A DNA stretch of 64,000 nucleotides from an uncultured bacterium (lineage in GTDB: Bacteria > Actinomycetota > Actinomycetes > JAVEEB01). This document shows positions 31,642 through 39,968 of this stretch, one piece after another. The notes beneath the pieces were generated by a model. That model worked only from the letters and a program-made list of their open reading frames with translations, was not told the origin of the DNA and did no database searches. Location: positions 17,895-81,894 of the forward strand of contig CAXSDE010000006.1 in the NCBI GenBank assembly GCA_964236265.1. Reading direction: 5' to 3'. Made by a program: the position numbers and the translations under genes. How positions within the stretch are numbered: position 1 is the first letter of the stretch; each line of letters opens with the position of its first letter.

Positions 31642-32470
31642 CCGGTTCGACCGCCGCCATCGCGTCCGCCGTGGGGACAGGTGCGTCAGATCGCCGGCGG
31701 GGTCGACAATCGGCTCGCCAAGAGCGGCGACCAGGCGGGCGGCGTGCGTGCGCGCAGCGGCGGTGCTGACTTGCTGGCCGAGGACCGCGCGCATCGCGAG
31801 CTCCTGCTCGTAGACGGTGCGTCGGACGCGGCGGCCGGGGGCCTTCGCGACGAGCGGGGCGAGCACTGCGTCCTCGAAAAGCTGCGCGTCGATCGGCTGC
31901 GGGTCGGCGTCGAGGTCGAGAAGCTTTTCTGCACCTTGCGATCGCGACGGACAGGTCGCGCCAGTCGGTCAACGTGGGGCGGCAGACGATGTGCTCAGGC
32001 CCCGGGGTCAGGGCCACGATGCCGGTGCCGTGGGGGAGCCGCAGGGTGCGGCGGTAAGCCCCGTCGCGCCACTCCTCGACGCCGGGCACCGCGGTCGCCG
32101 CGAGGTGACCGAACAGGTTGTCGGGGAAGAGCGGCGCCCGGAACGGCAGCCGCACCGCGATGCTGCCCGGCGTGGCGGGCTCCTGGCGTGCTTTGGCGCG
32201 CAATTCTCCAGGCGTGGTTGCAAAAACATGTCGTACGACGTCATTGAACCGGCGCACGCTCCCGAAACCTGCGGCCAACGCGACGTCCGCGAGGGGGAGG
32301 GTCGTGGTCTCGATGAGGACGCGGGCGGTCTGTGCCCGCTGCGCCTGCGCGAGACCGAGTGGCCCGGCGCCGAGCTCGGCGTGCAGCATGCGTTCGAGCT
32401 GGCGGCGGCTGTAGCCGAGGCGGGCCGCGAGCCCCGGCACGCCCGACCGGCAAGTTGGTGACCTCCCACA
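31642..32470 (-). pseudogene. Ada/AlkA-type gene remnant: AraC-family HTH, AlkA N-terminal domain and the start of HhH-GPD glycosylase; frameshifted and 3'-truncated
   Basis: The HTH block is LAARLGYSRRQLERMLHAELGAGPLGLAQAQRAQTARVLIETTTLPLADVALAAGFGSVRRFNDVVRHVF. The AlkA_N block is IAVRLPFRAPLFPDNLFGHLAATAVPGVEEWRDGAYRRTLRLPHGTGIVAL. After AIARCRK the sense continues in another frame (KLLDLDADPQPIDAQLFEDAVLAPLVAKAPGRRV...ELAMRAVLGQQVS). This implies one extra base in the T4 run at 31925-31928. The gene ends at the IS junction. Confidence 0.6.
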
Positions 32471-32798
32471 CGGACAGCTCGACGGCGCCGCGGCCCGCGT
32501 TGACGAGGGTCGCTCCCGCCCGGTCGGCCAGTTCGACGAGGGCGACGATCGACTCGTCATCGACGACGGTGATCACGATCGGCGCGATCGCGAAAAGGCC
32601 GAGGTTGGCTGCCACCGCGTCATATGCCTCGCCGGTGATTCAGCGCTCCGCGAGCCTCGCTCGGGCCGACGTCGAGAGACGCGGTCGTGGTCGCCTCGTT
32701 TGCGGTCGGGACTGGCCGAACTCAGGCGGCAGCTGGACCTCGAGGGTCGGTGCAGAGCGCGGCCAGCTCGTCGAGGCGCAACAGCAGGCGGAGGGCGG

Positions 32799-33208
32799 TC
32801 AAAAGAGGCTCCCGATGGCGTCGACGGCACCGTTGAGGGCGCGCTTGCCGGTGTTGACCACCGAGGCGGCCGCGTGTTCGGCGGCGTTCGCTGCGCCCTC
32901 GGCGGCGTGCGCAGCGGCTCGGAGGGCCTCCTCGGCGAGCCGCTCGAGGCGCTTGATCTCCTCGATGCGGGCGCGGCACGCGGCGGCGTGGCCACGCAGG
33001 GCGGCGGCGGCGTCCCGGAACTCGCCGATGCATCGCAACCTGTCGCTGCTGAGATCGTCGATGCGCTGCTGGAACGCGCTGCCGGCGACGGACTCCCACG
33101 GCACCGCTCGGCCGGCTCGCTCGGCGCGGCCCGCCAGCTCGGCAATGTGGTCGGCGGCCGCTCGCAGCGGGCGGCAAGTTGATCTATCGCGTCTGGATTG
33201 CCCCACAT
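32799..33208 (-). pseudogene. coiled-coil hypothetical protein (MWGNPDAIDQLAA... family), probable 1-nt frameshift near the 5' end
   Basis: ATG 33208 gives MWGNPDAIDQLAA, then nonsense. The frame offset by one base gives a clean helical protein to the stop at 32799: RLRAAADHIAELAGRAERAGRAVPWESVAGSAFQQRIDDL...EEIKRLERLAEEALRAAAHAAEG...GSLF. The alternative is an intact CDS starting at the upstream GTG 33218. Confidence 0.4.
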
Positions 33209-33384
33209 CCGCGCCCACCCCCTCGTTGTCGAAGCTGACGACAGAGAGTCAGAGCTGGCCGCGCGGACAGCCCGTGGAAACCTTGCCCTGCTCGCTCATG
33301 AGGGGAATCTGTCGTGTGCGGCGAGGGCCGCTTGGCCTGTGCACAACTTGTGGCGGTGTCCGTCGGGGCGGTTAAGATGCCTGA

Positions 33385-34014
33385 ATGATTCCGGGGAGAG
33401 GGCTCAGCGCAGGGGTGCTGCTGTCGGTCCTTGCGGTCGCAGCCTGCACACCGTCTCCCGCGCCGCTGACGACACTCGCGCCGTTGACGAGCACCCCGGC
33501 CACATCCGTGACGCCCGTCACGCCAGTCACCCCGGCACCGTCCACGACCTCCGCACCGGTGACCACTCCGTCCACGGTCGGCACCGTGACCGCCACGGCG
33601 ATCCCGACGAGCGCCCCAAGCGGTGACAACAGCGAAGCGGCGGCGATTGCCACGGCCGAAGCTTTTCTGGGTGCCTCCAACCTCGCGACTGTTCAACAAG
33701 ACCTCGGCCCGGTGCAGGCGCTCGCGCTACCGAGCTGCGCCTGCATCGCGAATGAGGCAGACTCGATTCAACTCCAGAAGGAGCGGAAGCACCGGGTCCA
33801 ATACGACGATTTCGGGCCGGTGAAACTCGTGCTAATCAAACACCAAGGCAGCCTCGCCACGGTGCGAGTCAGCTATGTGCGACCGACGTTCCGCTCGCTG
33901 GACACAAACCATAAGGTCGTCGCGACCAACCCTCCACGGCCGATGGTCGTAGACATCTCGATGCAATACGTCGGCGACGCTTGGAAAGTCGCCGCGAACT
34001 TGGATGCGTCATGA
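33385..34014 (+). CDS. lipoprotein, DUF6318-like (Thr/Pro linker plus C-terminal globular domain)
   Basis: The signal and lipobox are LLSVLAVAAC. After a T/P/S-rich linker comes SEAAAIATAEAFLGASNLATVQQDLGPVQALALPSCACIANEADSIQ..., resembling actinobacterial DUF6318 lipoproteins. GC is locally lower. Confidence 0.55.
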   Translation: MIPGRGLSAGVLLSVLAVAACTPSPAPLTTLAPLTSTPATSVTPVTPVTPAPSTTSAPVTTPSTVGTVTATAIPTSAPSGDNSEAAAIATAEAFLGASNLATVQQDLGPVQALALPSCACIANEADSIQLQKERKHRVQYDDFGPVKLVLIKHQGSLATVRVSYVRPTFRSLDTNHKVVATNPPRPMVVDISMQYVGDAWKVAANLDAS

Positions 34015-34976
34015 GAGTCCGCGCTTCCTTGGCTGCTGCGATTGCAGCGATGCCGCTCATCGTCGCTGTGGTCGCCGTTCAGGCCGCCGCCAACGCCACA
34101 CCGACGTTGCCCGCGATCGCGCACTCAGCGGCCGCGTCCGACGCTGGTTGTCAAAAATCGGAGGGCGGCAATTCGGACTGTCCGAACGGGGTTGTGCCGC
34201 CCCCGATCAGCCCGAGCGTGGGAATTGACGCGTCCGAAAATGGGCCGGGATCTTCGAAGAAGCCCGTGGCGGTCGCGGACCCGGGAACGCCGACTGCGCC
34301 GGTCTTCTGCCCGGCACTAGCGTCGTGCCAACAGCCGGCTCTGATGCGTGTGTGCGATGAACCCGCGAATGCTGGGGTGCCCTGCGCTGGTCCGCCGGCG
34401 AATTGCCCTGGGCCGCCGGACGAGACACGATACGTGTACTGGATTGCCACGGCGCAAGGGTGGGCTGCTGTGCAGCCGCGTAAGGAGTTCTGTTCGCTAA
34501 ACCCGGTCGATGAACCTGGCTACGTTCGCGATGTCCTGCTTGAAGTCGCGCCGGACCCGGTGAGCGCGACGGTGAACCCGTTCACGGGCGCGCTTCCCGT
34601 GACGCTTCCCGTGTACCTGTGGGTGCAGACCGTCCCGCCGAACCGCACCGACACGAAGTCCAAAGGGACCTTGACCGTCACCTCGACGTTGCAGAATCCC
34701 CATTTTGTCTGGTACATGGACGACGGACCGGGGCTGCTCGTTGTGCTTCCGTCGACAACTGACGCAGGCGGCCCTTATCCCGACGGACGGGTCAAGTACG
34801 CGTTCCACCACATCGGTGTCCACCACGTGCACCTTCAGGTCATCTGGGGTGTGGTGTGGACCGCGTACGACCCCGTCACGGGCTACACCGACGGCGGCAC
34901 CAAGTACGTCGAGCAGGGCAAGCGCCCGACATTCGCCGTCAACGTCGTCGAGGCGCACGCGCTCCTCGTTGGGTGA
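34011..34976 (+). CDS. secreted Cys-rich protein, unknown function
   Basis: ATG 34011 overlaps the upstream stop (ATGA). The signal peptide is MRVRASLAAAIAAMPLIVAVVAVQAAANA. The N-terminal half holds at least 9 Cys. The C-terminal half is beta-rich (HFVWYMDDGPG...HHIGVHHVHLQVIWGVVWTAYDP). Confidence 0.55.
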   Translation: MRVRASLAAAIAAMPLIVAVVAVQAAANATPTLPAIAHSAAASDAGCQKSEGGNSDCPNGVVPPPISPSVGIDASENGPGSSKKPVAVADPGTPTAPVFCPALASCQQPALMRVCDEPANAGVPCAGPPANCPGPPDETRYVYWIATAQGWAAVQPRKEFCSLNPVDEPGYVRDVLLEVAPDPVSATVNPFTGALPVTLPVYLWVQTVPPNRTDTKSKGTLTVTSTLQNPHFVWYMDDGPGLLVVLPSTTDAGGPYPDGRVKYAFHHIGVHHVHLQVIWGVVWTAYDPVTGYTDGGTKYVEQGKRPTFAVNVVEAHALLVG

Positions 34977-35016
34977 CGGTGACGACCAGGAGCACGACCG
35001 CCATCCATCCGACGGA

Positions 35017-36000
35017 CTGACGGGGTCGCGAATCAGGAGATTGCGCGTCGCTGCGAGGTCGATTCGGACACGGTGCGGCGGTGGCGTACTCGCTTTGCTG
35101 TCAAGGGTGTCGACGGGGTCGGGGTGATCGCGAAGGGTCGTGGCCGCAAGCCTTCGATCCCGACGGGGACCGTGCAGGAAGTGGTGCGCCTGACGCATCA
35201 GGAAACGCCTGCGGACGGGTCGACGCATTGGAGTACCCGTTCGATGGCTGCGCGGGTCGGGATCGGCAAGGACGCGGTCGCCAGGATCTGGTCCGATCAC
35301 GGACTGAAACCGTGGCGAGTCGACACGTTGGAGATCAGCAACGATCCCCGGTTCGAGGAGTAGCTGGTCGATGTCTTCGGGCTGTATCTGAACCCGCCGG
35401 CGCGTGCCGCGGTGTTCAGCTTCGATGAGAAAACCCAGTGTCAGGCCCTGGACCGCACCCAGCCATCGCTACCGATGAAGCGGGGCCGGGCCGGAACGAT
35501 GACCCATGACTACAAGCGCAACGGCACCATCGACCTGTTCGCTGCGATGAACGTGTCCACTGGGCAAGTGTTGACCGACCTGCCCAAGGGCCACTGCTGT
35601 GCCGATGTGCTGAGGTTCTTCAAACAGATCGACGCCAGCGTTCCGCGCGGCCTGTCCGTGCAGGTCGCCTTGGACAACCTTTCCGCCCACTCGACACCCG
35701 AGATCGCGAAATGGCTCGCCCACCGCGACCGCCGCCGCTGGCACCTGCACTACACACCCACGTCGAGTTCGTGGCTCGATCTTATTGAACGCTGGTTCAA
35801 AGAACTCACCGACCGTCGTCTACGTCGGGGGGGTGTTCACCAGCGTCGCCGACCTCGCCCAGGCCATCACCATCTGGGCCGAGCATAGGAACGCGGACCC
35901 GAAACCGTTCATCTGGAAAGCCACCGCCGAGGACATCATCGCCAAAGATCAACGCGGACGCGACACCCTCCACCAGATCAAAACGCAGACGGACCACTAG
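35017..36000 (+). mobile_element. IS630-family insertion sequence, right portion (from inside the transposase gene to IRR)
   Basis: Positions 35017-35411 repeat 31247-31641. After that comes the DDE catalytic part (FSFDEKTQCQALDRTQPSLPM...ALDNLSAH...LIERWFKELT) and the right inverted repeat ending CAGACGGACCAC-TA at 35999. Confidence 0.85.
35017..36000 (+). pseudogene. IS630-family DDE transposase, inactivated (5'-truncated here, in-frame TAG at 35361-35363, +1 frameshift in the G7 run 35827-35833)
   Basis: ORFs 35073..35363 and 35412..35888 are in the same frame, separated only by the TAG. The C-terminal sense (GVFTSVADLAQAITIWAEHRNADPKPFIWKATAEDIIAK) resumes in the +1 frame after the GGGGGGG run. 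Confidence 0.85.
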
Positions 36001-36023
36001 TGGCTGTCCAGATCGCACCGTGA

Positions 36024-36403
36024 GCCTGCTGGCGGACCGGCGCGAAGCCGCGCGCACGGTTGCTCCACGACTACCTGCGCTCGGCGGACGGCTGGGCGCA
36101 CGAACCCGGCGGCGTGCCGGGGCCCGACGCGCTGACCTGGGTCGCCGCCGCCTTTCCCGGCCCTGCCGCCCCGCCGACGGGCGAGACGTCTGTCCGCGGG
36201 TCCGTCGTACCGGGATCGGGCAACGCTTGACCGTCGCGTGCGTGCAGGAGGCGGCGGTCCTCGGGTGCACCCGCGTGGCCGTCGACGTGCTGCCGTCCTG
36301 CACCGGCGCCGTCGCGCTCTACGAAGGGCTCGGGTTCTGGGACACGTCGCCGTGGACGTCCTCGCCGATGCCGATGCGCTTTTTGGCCCGCTCGACGGGA
36401 TAA
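36024..36403 (+). pseudogene. GNAT-family N-acetyltransferase remnant (5'-truncated at the IS end, internal frameshift)
   Basis: The C-terminal GNAT motif A/B region is VCPRVRRTGIGQRLTVACVQEAAVLGCTRVAVDVLPSCTGAVALYEGLGFWDT. Upstream sense lies in another frame (LLHDYLRSADGWAHEPGGVPGPDALTWVAAAF). Confidence 0.5.
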
Positions 36404-36435
36404 CGCCCCGCGGCGCCGGAAGTGGGGCGCCTAGG

Positions 36436-36744
36436 ATGGCCCGCGTGTCGGAGATCACCCGTGACGAAGTCGCGCACCTTGCCAAACTCGCCCGCCTCGC
36501 GTTGCCGGAGGCGGAGCTCGACCACTACGCCTCGCAGCTGGACGTGATCCTCTCGTCGGTCGCCCGGATCAGCGAGGTGGCTGCCGATGACATCCCGCCG
36601 ACGTCCCATTCGGTGCCGTTGGTCAATGTGTTCCGTCCCGACGTGCGGCACACGTCGCTGACGGCCGCCGAAGCGGTGGCCGGTGCCCCGTCCGCCGAGG
36701 ACGACCGCTTCCGCGTCCCGCGCATCCTCGACGAGGAGCAGTGA
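36436..36744 (+). CDS. gatC: Asp/Glu-tRNA(Asn/Gln) amidotransferase subunit C
   Basis: Taken from ATG 36436: [42 protein letters not shown]. It is ~100 aa and overlaps the gatA start. Confidence 0.92.
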   Translation: MARVSEITRDEVAHLAKLARLALPEAELDHYASQLDVILSSVARISEVAADDIPPTSHSVPLVNVFRPDVRHTSLTAAEAVAGAPSAEDDRFRVPRILDEEQ

Positions 36745-38243
36745 TGCCGACCGACCTGATCCGGGCGACGGCCGCCGAGTTGGGCCGCCGCCTCGGCGCC
36801 CGAGAAGTGACCTCGGTCGAGGTCACGCAGGCGCACCTCGACCGCATCGACTCCGTCGACAAGAACGTCAATGCCTTCTTGTACGTCGACACGGACGGGG
36901 CCCTCGAGGCCGCCGGCGAGATCGACGACCGGCGCGCCGCGGGCGAAACGCTCGGCCCGCTGGCGGGTGTGCCGCTGGCGCTGAAGGACGTGCTGACGCA
37001 GCGCGGCGTGCCCACCACAGCGGGATCGAAGATCCTCGAGGGCTGGCGCCCGCCGTACGATGCAACGGTCGTCACGAAGCTCCGCGAGGCCGGTGTCGTC
37101 ATCCTCGGCAAGGCCAACATGGACGAATTCGCCATGGGCTCGTCGACCGAAAACAGCGCCTACGGGGTGACGCGCAACCCGTGGGGGCTCGACCGCATCC
37201 CCGGTGGCTCGTCGGGCGGCTCGGCGGCGGCGGTCGCCGCATTCGAAGCCCCGTTGGCGATCGGCACCGACACGGGCGGCTCGATCCGACAGCCGGCCGC
37301 GGTCTGCGGGCTCGTGGGCGTGAAGCCCACGTACGGCGCCGTGTCGCGCTACGGCCTCATCGCGTTCGCGTCCTCGCTCGACCAGGCGGGTCCGTTCGCG
37401 CGCACCGTCGAGGACGCCGCGCTGCTGCACGCGGCGATTGCCGGGCACGACCCTCGCGACTCCACGTCGATCGATGCGCCGGTGCCGGATGTCGTCGCCG
37501 CCGCTCAGTCGCGCGATCTGGACGGCGTGCGCGTCGGTGTGGTGCGCGAGTTTCAGGGTGAGGGCTATCAGAAGGGCGTCCTGCAGCGCTTCGACGAGGC
37601 CGTTGCGCGCATGAAGGACGCCGGAGCGACCGTCGTCGAGGTGTCGTGCCCGAGCTTCGACTACGCGATGCCCGCCTACTATCTGATCGCCCCGTCGGAG
37701 GCGTCGTCCAACCTGGCGCGCTTCGACGCGATGCGCTACGGCCTGCGGGTCGGCGACGACGGGACGCATAGTGCCGAAGAAGTCATGGCGCTCACGAGGG
37801 CGGCCGGCTTCGGCGCCGAGGTCAAGCGCCGCATCATGATCGGCACGTACGCGCTCTCCAGCGGCTACTACGACGCCTACTACGGCAAGGCCCAGCAGGT
37901 GCGCACGCTGATCACGCGCGACTTCGACGCGGCCTTCGCCCGCGTCGACGTGCTCGTGTCGCCGACGTCGCCCACGACAGCGTGGAAGATCGGGGAACGC
38001 GCCGACGACCCGATGGCCATGTATCTGGCCGACCTCTGCACGATCCCGACGAACCTTGCGGGCAACTGCGCGATCAGCATCCCCGTCGGGCTGGCGCCGG
38101 AGGACGGGCTGCCGGTCGGCCTGCAGATCATGGCTCCGTCGATGGCCGACGACCGGCTCTATAGCGTGGGTGCCGCGCTCGAGGCTGCGCTGTTGCAGGA
38201 CCGGTTTGGCCACCCGTTCTACGAGGAGGCCCCCGCCTTATGA
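36741..38243 (+). CDS. gatA: Asp/Glu-tRNA(Asn/Gln) amidotransferase subunit A
   Basis: The amidase signature is [13 protein letters not shown] and [13 protein letters not shown]. 500 aa. It has an ATGA overlap with gatB. Confidence 0.95.
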   Translation: MMPTDLIRATAAELGRRLGAREVTSVEVTQAHLDRIDSVDKNVNAFLYVDTDGALEAAGEIDDRRAAGETLGPLAGVPLALKDVLTQRGVPTTAGSKILEGWRPPYDATVVTKLREAGVVILGKANMDEFAMGSSTENSAYGVTRNPWGLDRIPGGSSGGSAAAVAAFEAPLAIGTDTGGSIRQPAAVCGLVGVKPTYGAVSRYGLIAFASSLDQAGPFARTVEDAALLHAAIAGHDPRDSTSIDAPVPDVVAAAQSRDLDGVRVGVVREFQGEGYQKGVLQRFDEAVARMKDAGATVVEVSCPSFDYAMPAYYLIAPSEASSNLARFDAMRYGLRVGDDGTHSAEEVMALTRAAGFGAEVKRRIMIGTYALSSGYYDAYYGKAQQVRTLITRDFDAAFARVDVLVSPTSPTTAWKIGERADDPMAMYLADLCTIPTNLAGNCAISIPVGLAPEDGLPVGLQIMAPSMADDRLYSVGAALEAALLQDRFGHPFYEEAPAL

Positions 38244-39751
38244 GCAACGACATTCTGGTCCCGTACGACGAGGCCGTCGCCGCGTACGAAACCGTCATCG
38301 GTCTCGAGACCCACGTCGAGCTCGGCACCGACACCAAGCTGTTCTGCGGCTGCTCGGGCGAGTTCGGCGCGGCTCCCAACACGCAGGTGTGCCCGGTCTG
38401 TCTCGGGCTGCCCGGCTCGCTGCCGGTGCTCAACGACAAGGCCATCGAGTCGATCGTGAAGATCGGTCTCGCGCTCAACTGCCGCATCGCCGAGTGGTCG
38501 CGGATGTCCCGCAAGAACTACTTCTATCCCGACATGCCCAAGGACTTCCAGATCTCGCAGTACGACGAGCCGCTGTGCGTCGACGGCTATCTCGACATCG
38601 TCGTCGATGGCGAGACGGTGCGCGTCGAGATCGAACGAGTGCACCTCGAAGAGGACACGGGCAAGAGCTCGCACGTCGGCGGGTCGACCGGTCGGATCCA
38701 CGGCGCGACGCACTCGCTCGTCGACTACAACCGCGCCGGCATCCCGCTCGTCGAGATCGTGACGCGTCCCGTCGTCGCCGGCGGGAAAGCGCCCCAGATC
38801 GCCAAGGCCTACGTCGCCGAGCTCCGCGATCTGCTGCGTGGACTGGATGTTTCCGACGTGCGGATGGAGCAGGGCTCGCTCCGCTGCGACGTCAACGCGT
38901 CCCTGCGGCGGTGGGGTGCCGACAAGCTGGGCACGCGCACCGAGACGAAGAACGTCAACTCACTGCGGTCCGTCGAGCGGGCCGTCCGCTTCGAGGTGTC
39001 GCGCCAGGCCGCCGTGCTCGACGCGGGCGAGACCGTCGTGCAGGAGACGCGCCACTTCCACGAGGACACCGGCACCACGTCGAGCGGCCGCGTCAAGTCC
39101 GACGCCGAGGACTACCGCTACTTTCCCGAGCCCGACCTGGTGCCGCTGGCGCCCGACCGCGCGTGGGTGGAGTCGCTGCGGGCGGCCCTGCCGGAGCCGC
39201 CGTCGCAGCGGCGGGCGCGGCTCGTCGCCGAGCACGGTTTCAGCGCCGAGGAGATGCGCGACATGGTCAACCTCGGGGTGCTCGACGCCGTCCTCGAGAC
39301 CGTCGTCGCCGGTGCCGGCGCGGCCGAGGCCCGCGGATGGTGGACGTCGTACCTCGCCGGAAAGGCAGCCGAAGCCGGCATCGACGCGATCGACCTGCCC
39401 ATCACCGTTTCTGACGTGGCCCGCGTCTGCGCGCTCGTCTCCGACGGCGCCCTGACGGCGGCGCTCGCGCGCCAAGTCGTCGACGGCGTCCTCGCGGGCG
39501 AGGGCACTCCGGACGCCGTTGTCGAGGCGCGCGGGCTGAAGGTGGCCGGTGAGGACGAATTGATTGCCGCCATCGACGGGGTGCTCGCAGCGCAGGCGGG
39601 CACCGTCGACAAGATCCGCGGCGGCAATCTGGGGGCGGTCGGCGCTCTCATCGGTGCCGTTTTGAAGGCGACCGGCGGCCAGGCCGACGCGAAGCGCGCG
39701 CGCACACTGATCCTCGAACGCATCAACGCGGGTGCGGACAGTGCCGAGTGA
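38240..39751 (+). CDS. gatB: Asp/Glu-tRNA(Asn/Gln) amidotransferase subunit B
   Basis: [42 protein letters not shown] and the C-terminal YqeY-like tail are present. 503 aa. Confidence 0.95.
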   Translation: MSNDILVPYDEAVAAYETVIGLETHVELGTDTKLFCGCSGEFGAAPNTQVCPVCLGLPGSLPVLNDKAIESIVKIGLALNCRIAEWSRMSRKNYFYPDMPKDFQISQYDEPLCVDGYLDIVVDGETVRVEIERVHLEEDTGKSSHVGGSTGRIHGATHSLVDYNRAGIPLVEIVTRPVVAGGKAPQIAKAYVAELRDLLRGLDVSDVRMEQGSLRCDVNASLRRWGADKLGTRTETKNVNSLRSVERAVRFEVSRQAAVLDAGETVVQETRHFHEDTGTTSSGRVKSDAEDYRYFPEPDLVPLAPDRAWVESLRAALPEPPSQRRARLVAEHGFSAEEMRDMVNLGVLDAVLETVVAGAGAAEARGWWTSYLAGKAAEAGIDAIDLPITVSDVARVCALVSDGALTAALARQVVDGVLAGEGTPDAVVEARGLKVAGEDELIAAIDGVLAAQAGTVDKIRGGNLGAVGALIGAVLKATGGQADAKRARTLILERINAGADSAE

Positions 39752-39968
39752 CCCGCGGTACGACGAGCTCGTTACGGCGCTGACTGCGGAAAGCCCGACA
39801 GTGACGCCGAGATCGTTTCGGCAGGCGCCGGCGCGGTTGCGACCATGGGCGAGCGCTCGATGACGTCGTGGGTCGAGATTCCGGCCGGTGGCACCTGGTC
39901 GGCGGTCGCCCGCGAGGCCTGCGACTACGTACGGGCCTTGCACGCGGGCTGACCGCCGGACACGTGCG

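Noticed and set aside
35990-36010. Palindrome CCACTAGTGG at the IS right junction as a second nested IS end
   Set aside because: It arises because the IS end (..CCAC-TA) happens to meet flanking GTGG. The similarity of the flank to the left inverted repeat fades after about 8 nt, so I treat it as coincidence or target preference.
36525-38213. 562-aa minus-strand ORF
   Set aside because: It is antisense to gatA.
39845-39952. 35-codon ORF (MGERSMTSWVEIPAGGTWSAVAREACDYVRALHAG) in the gap after gatB
   Set aside because: It has no RBS and no recognisable family, and the gap is short. There is not enough support to call a gene.
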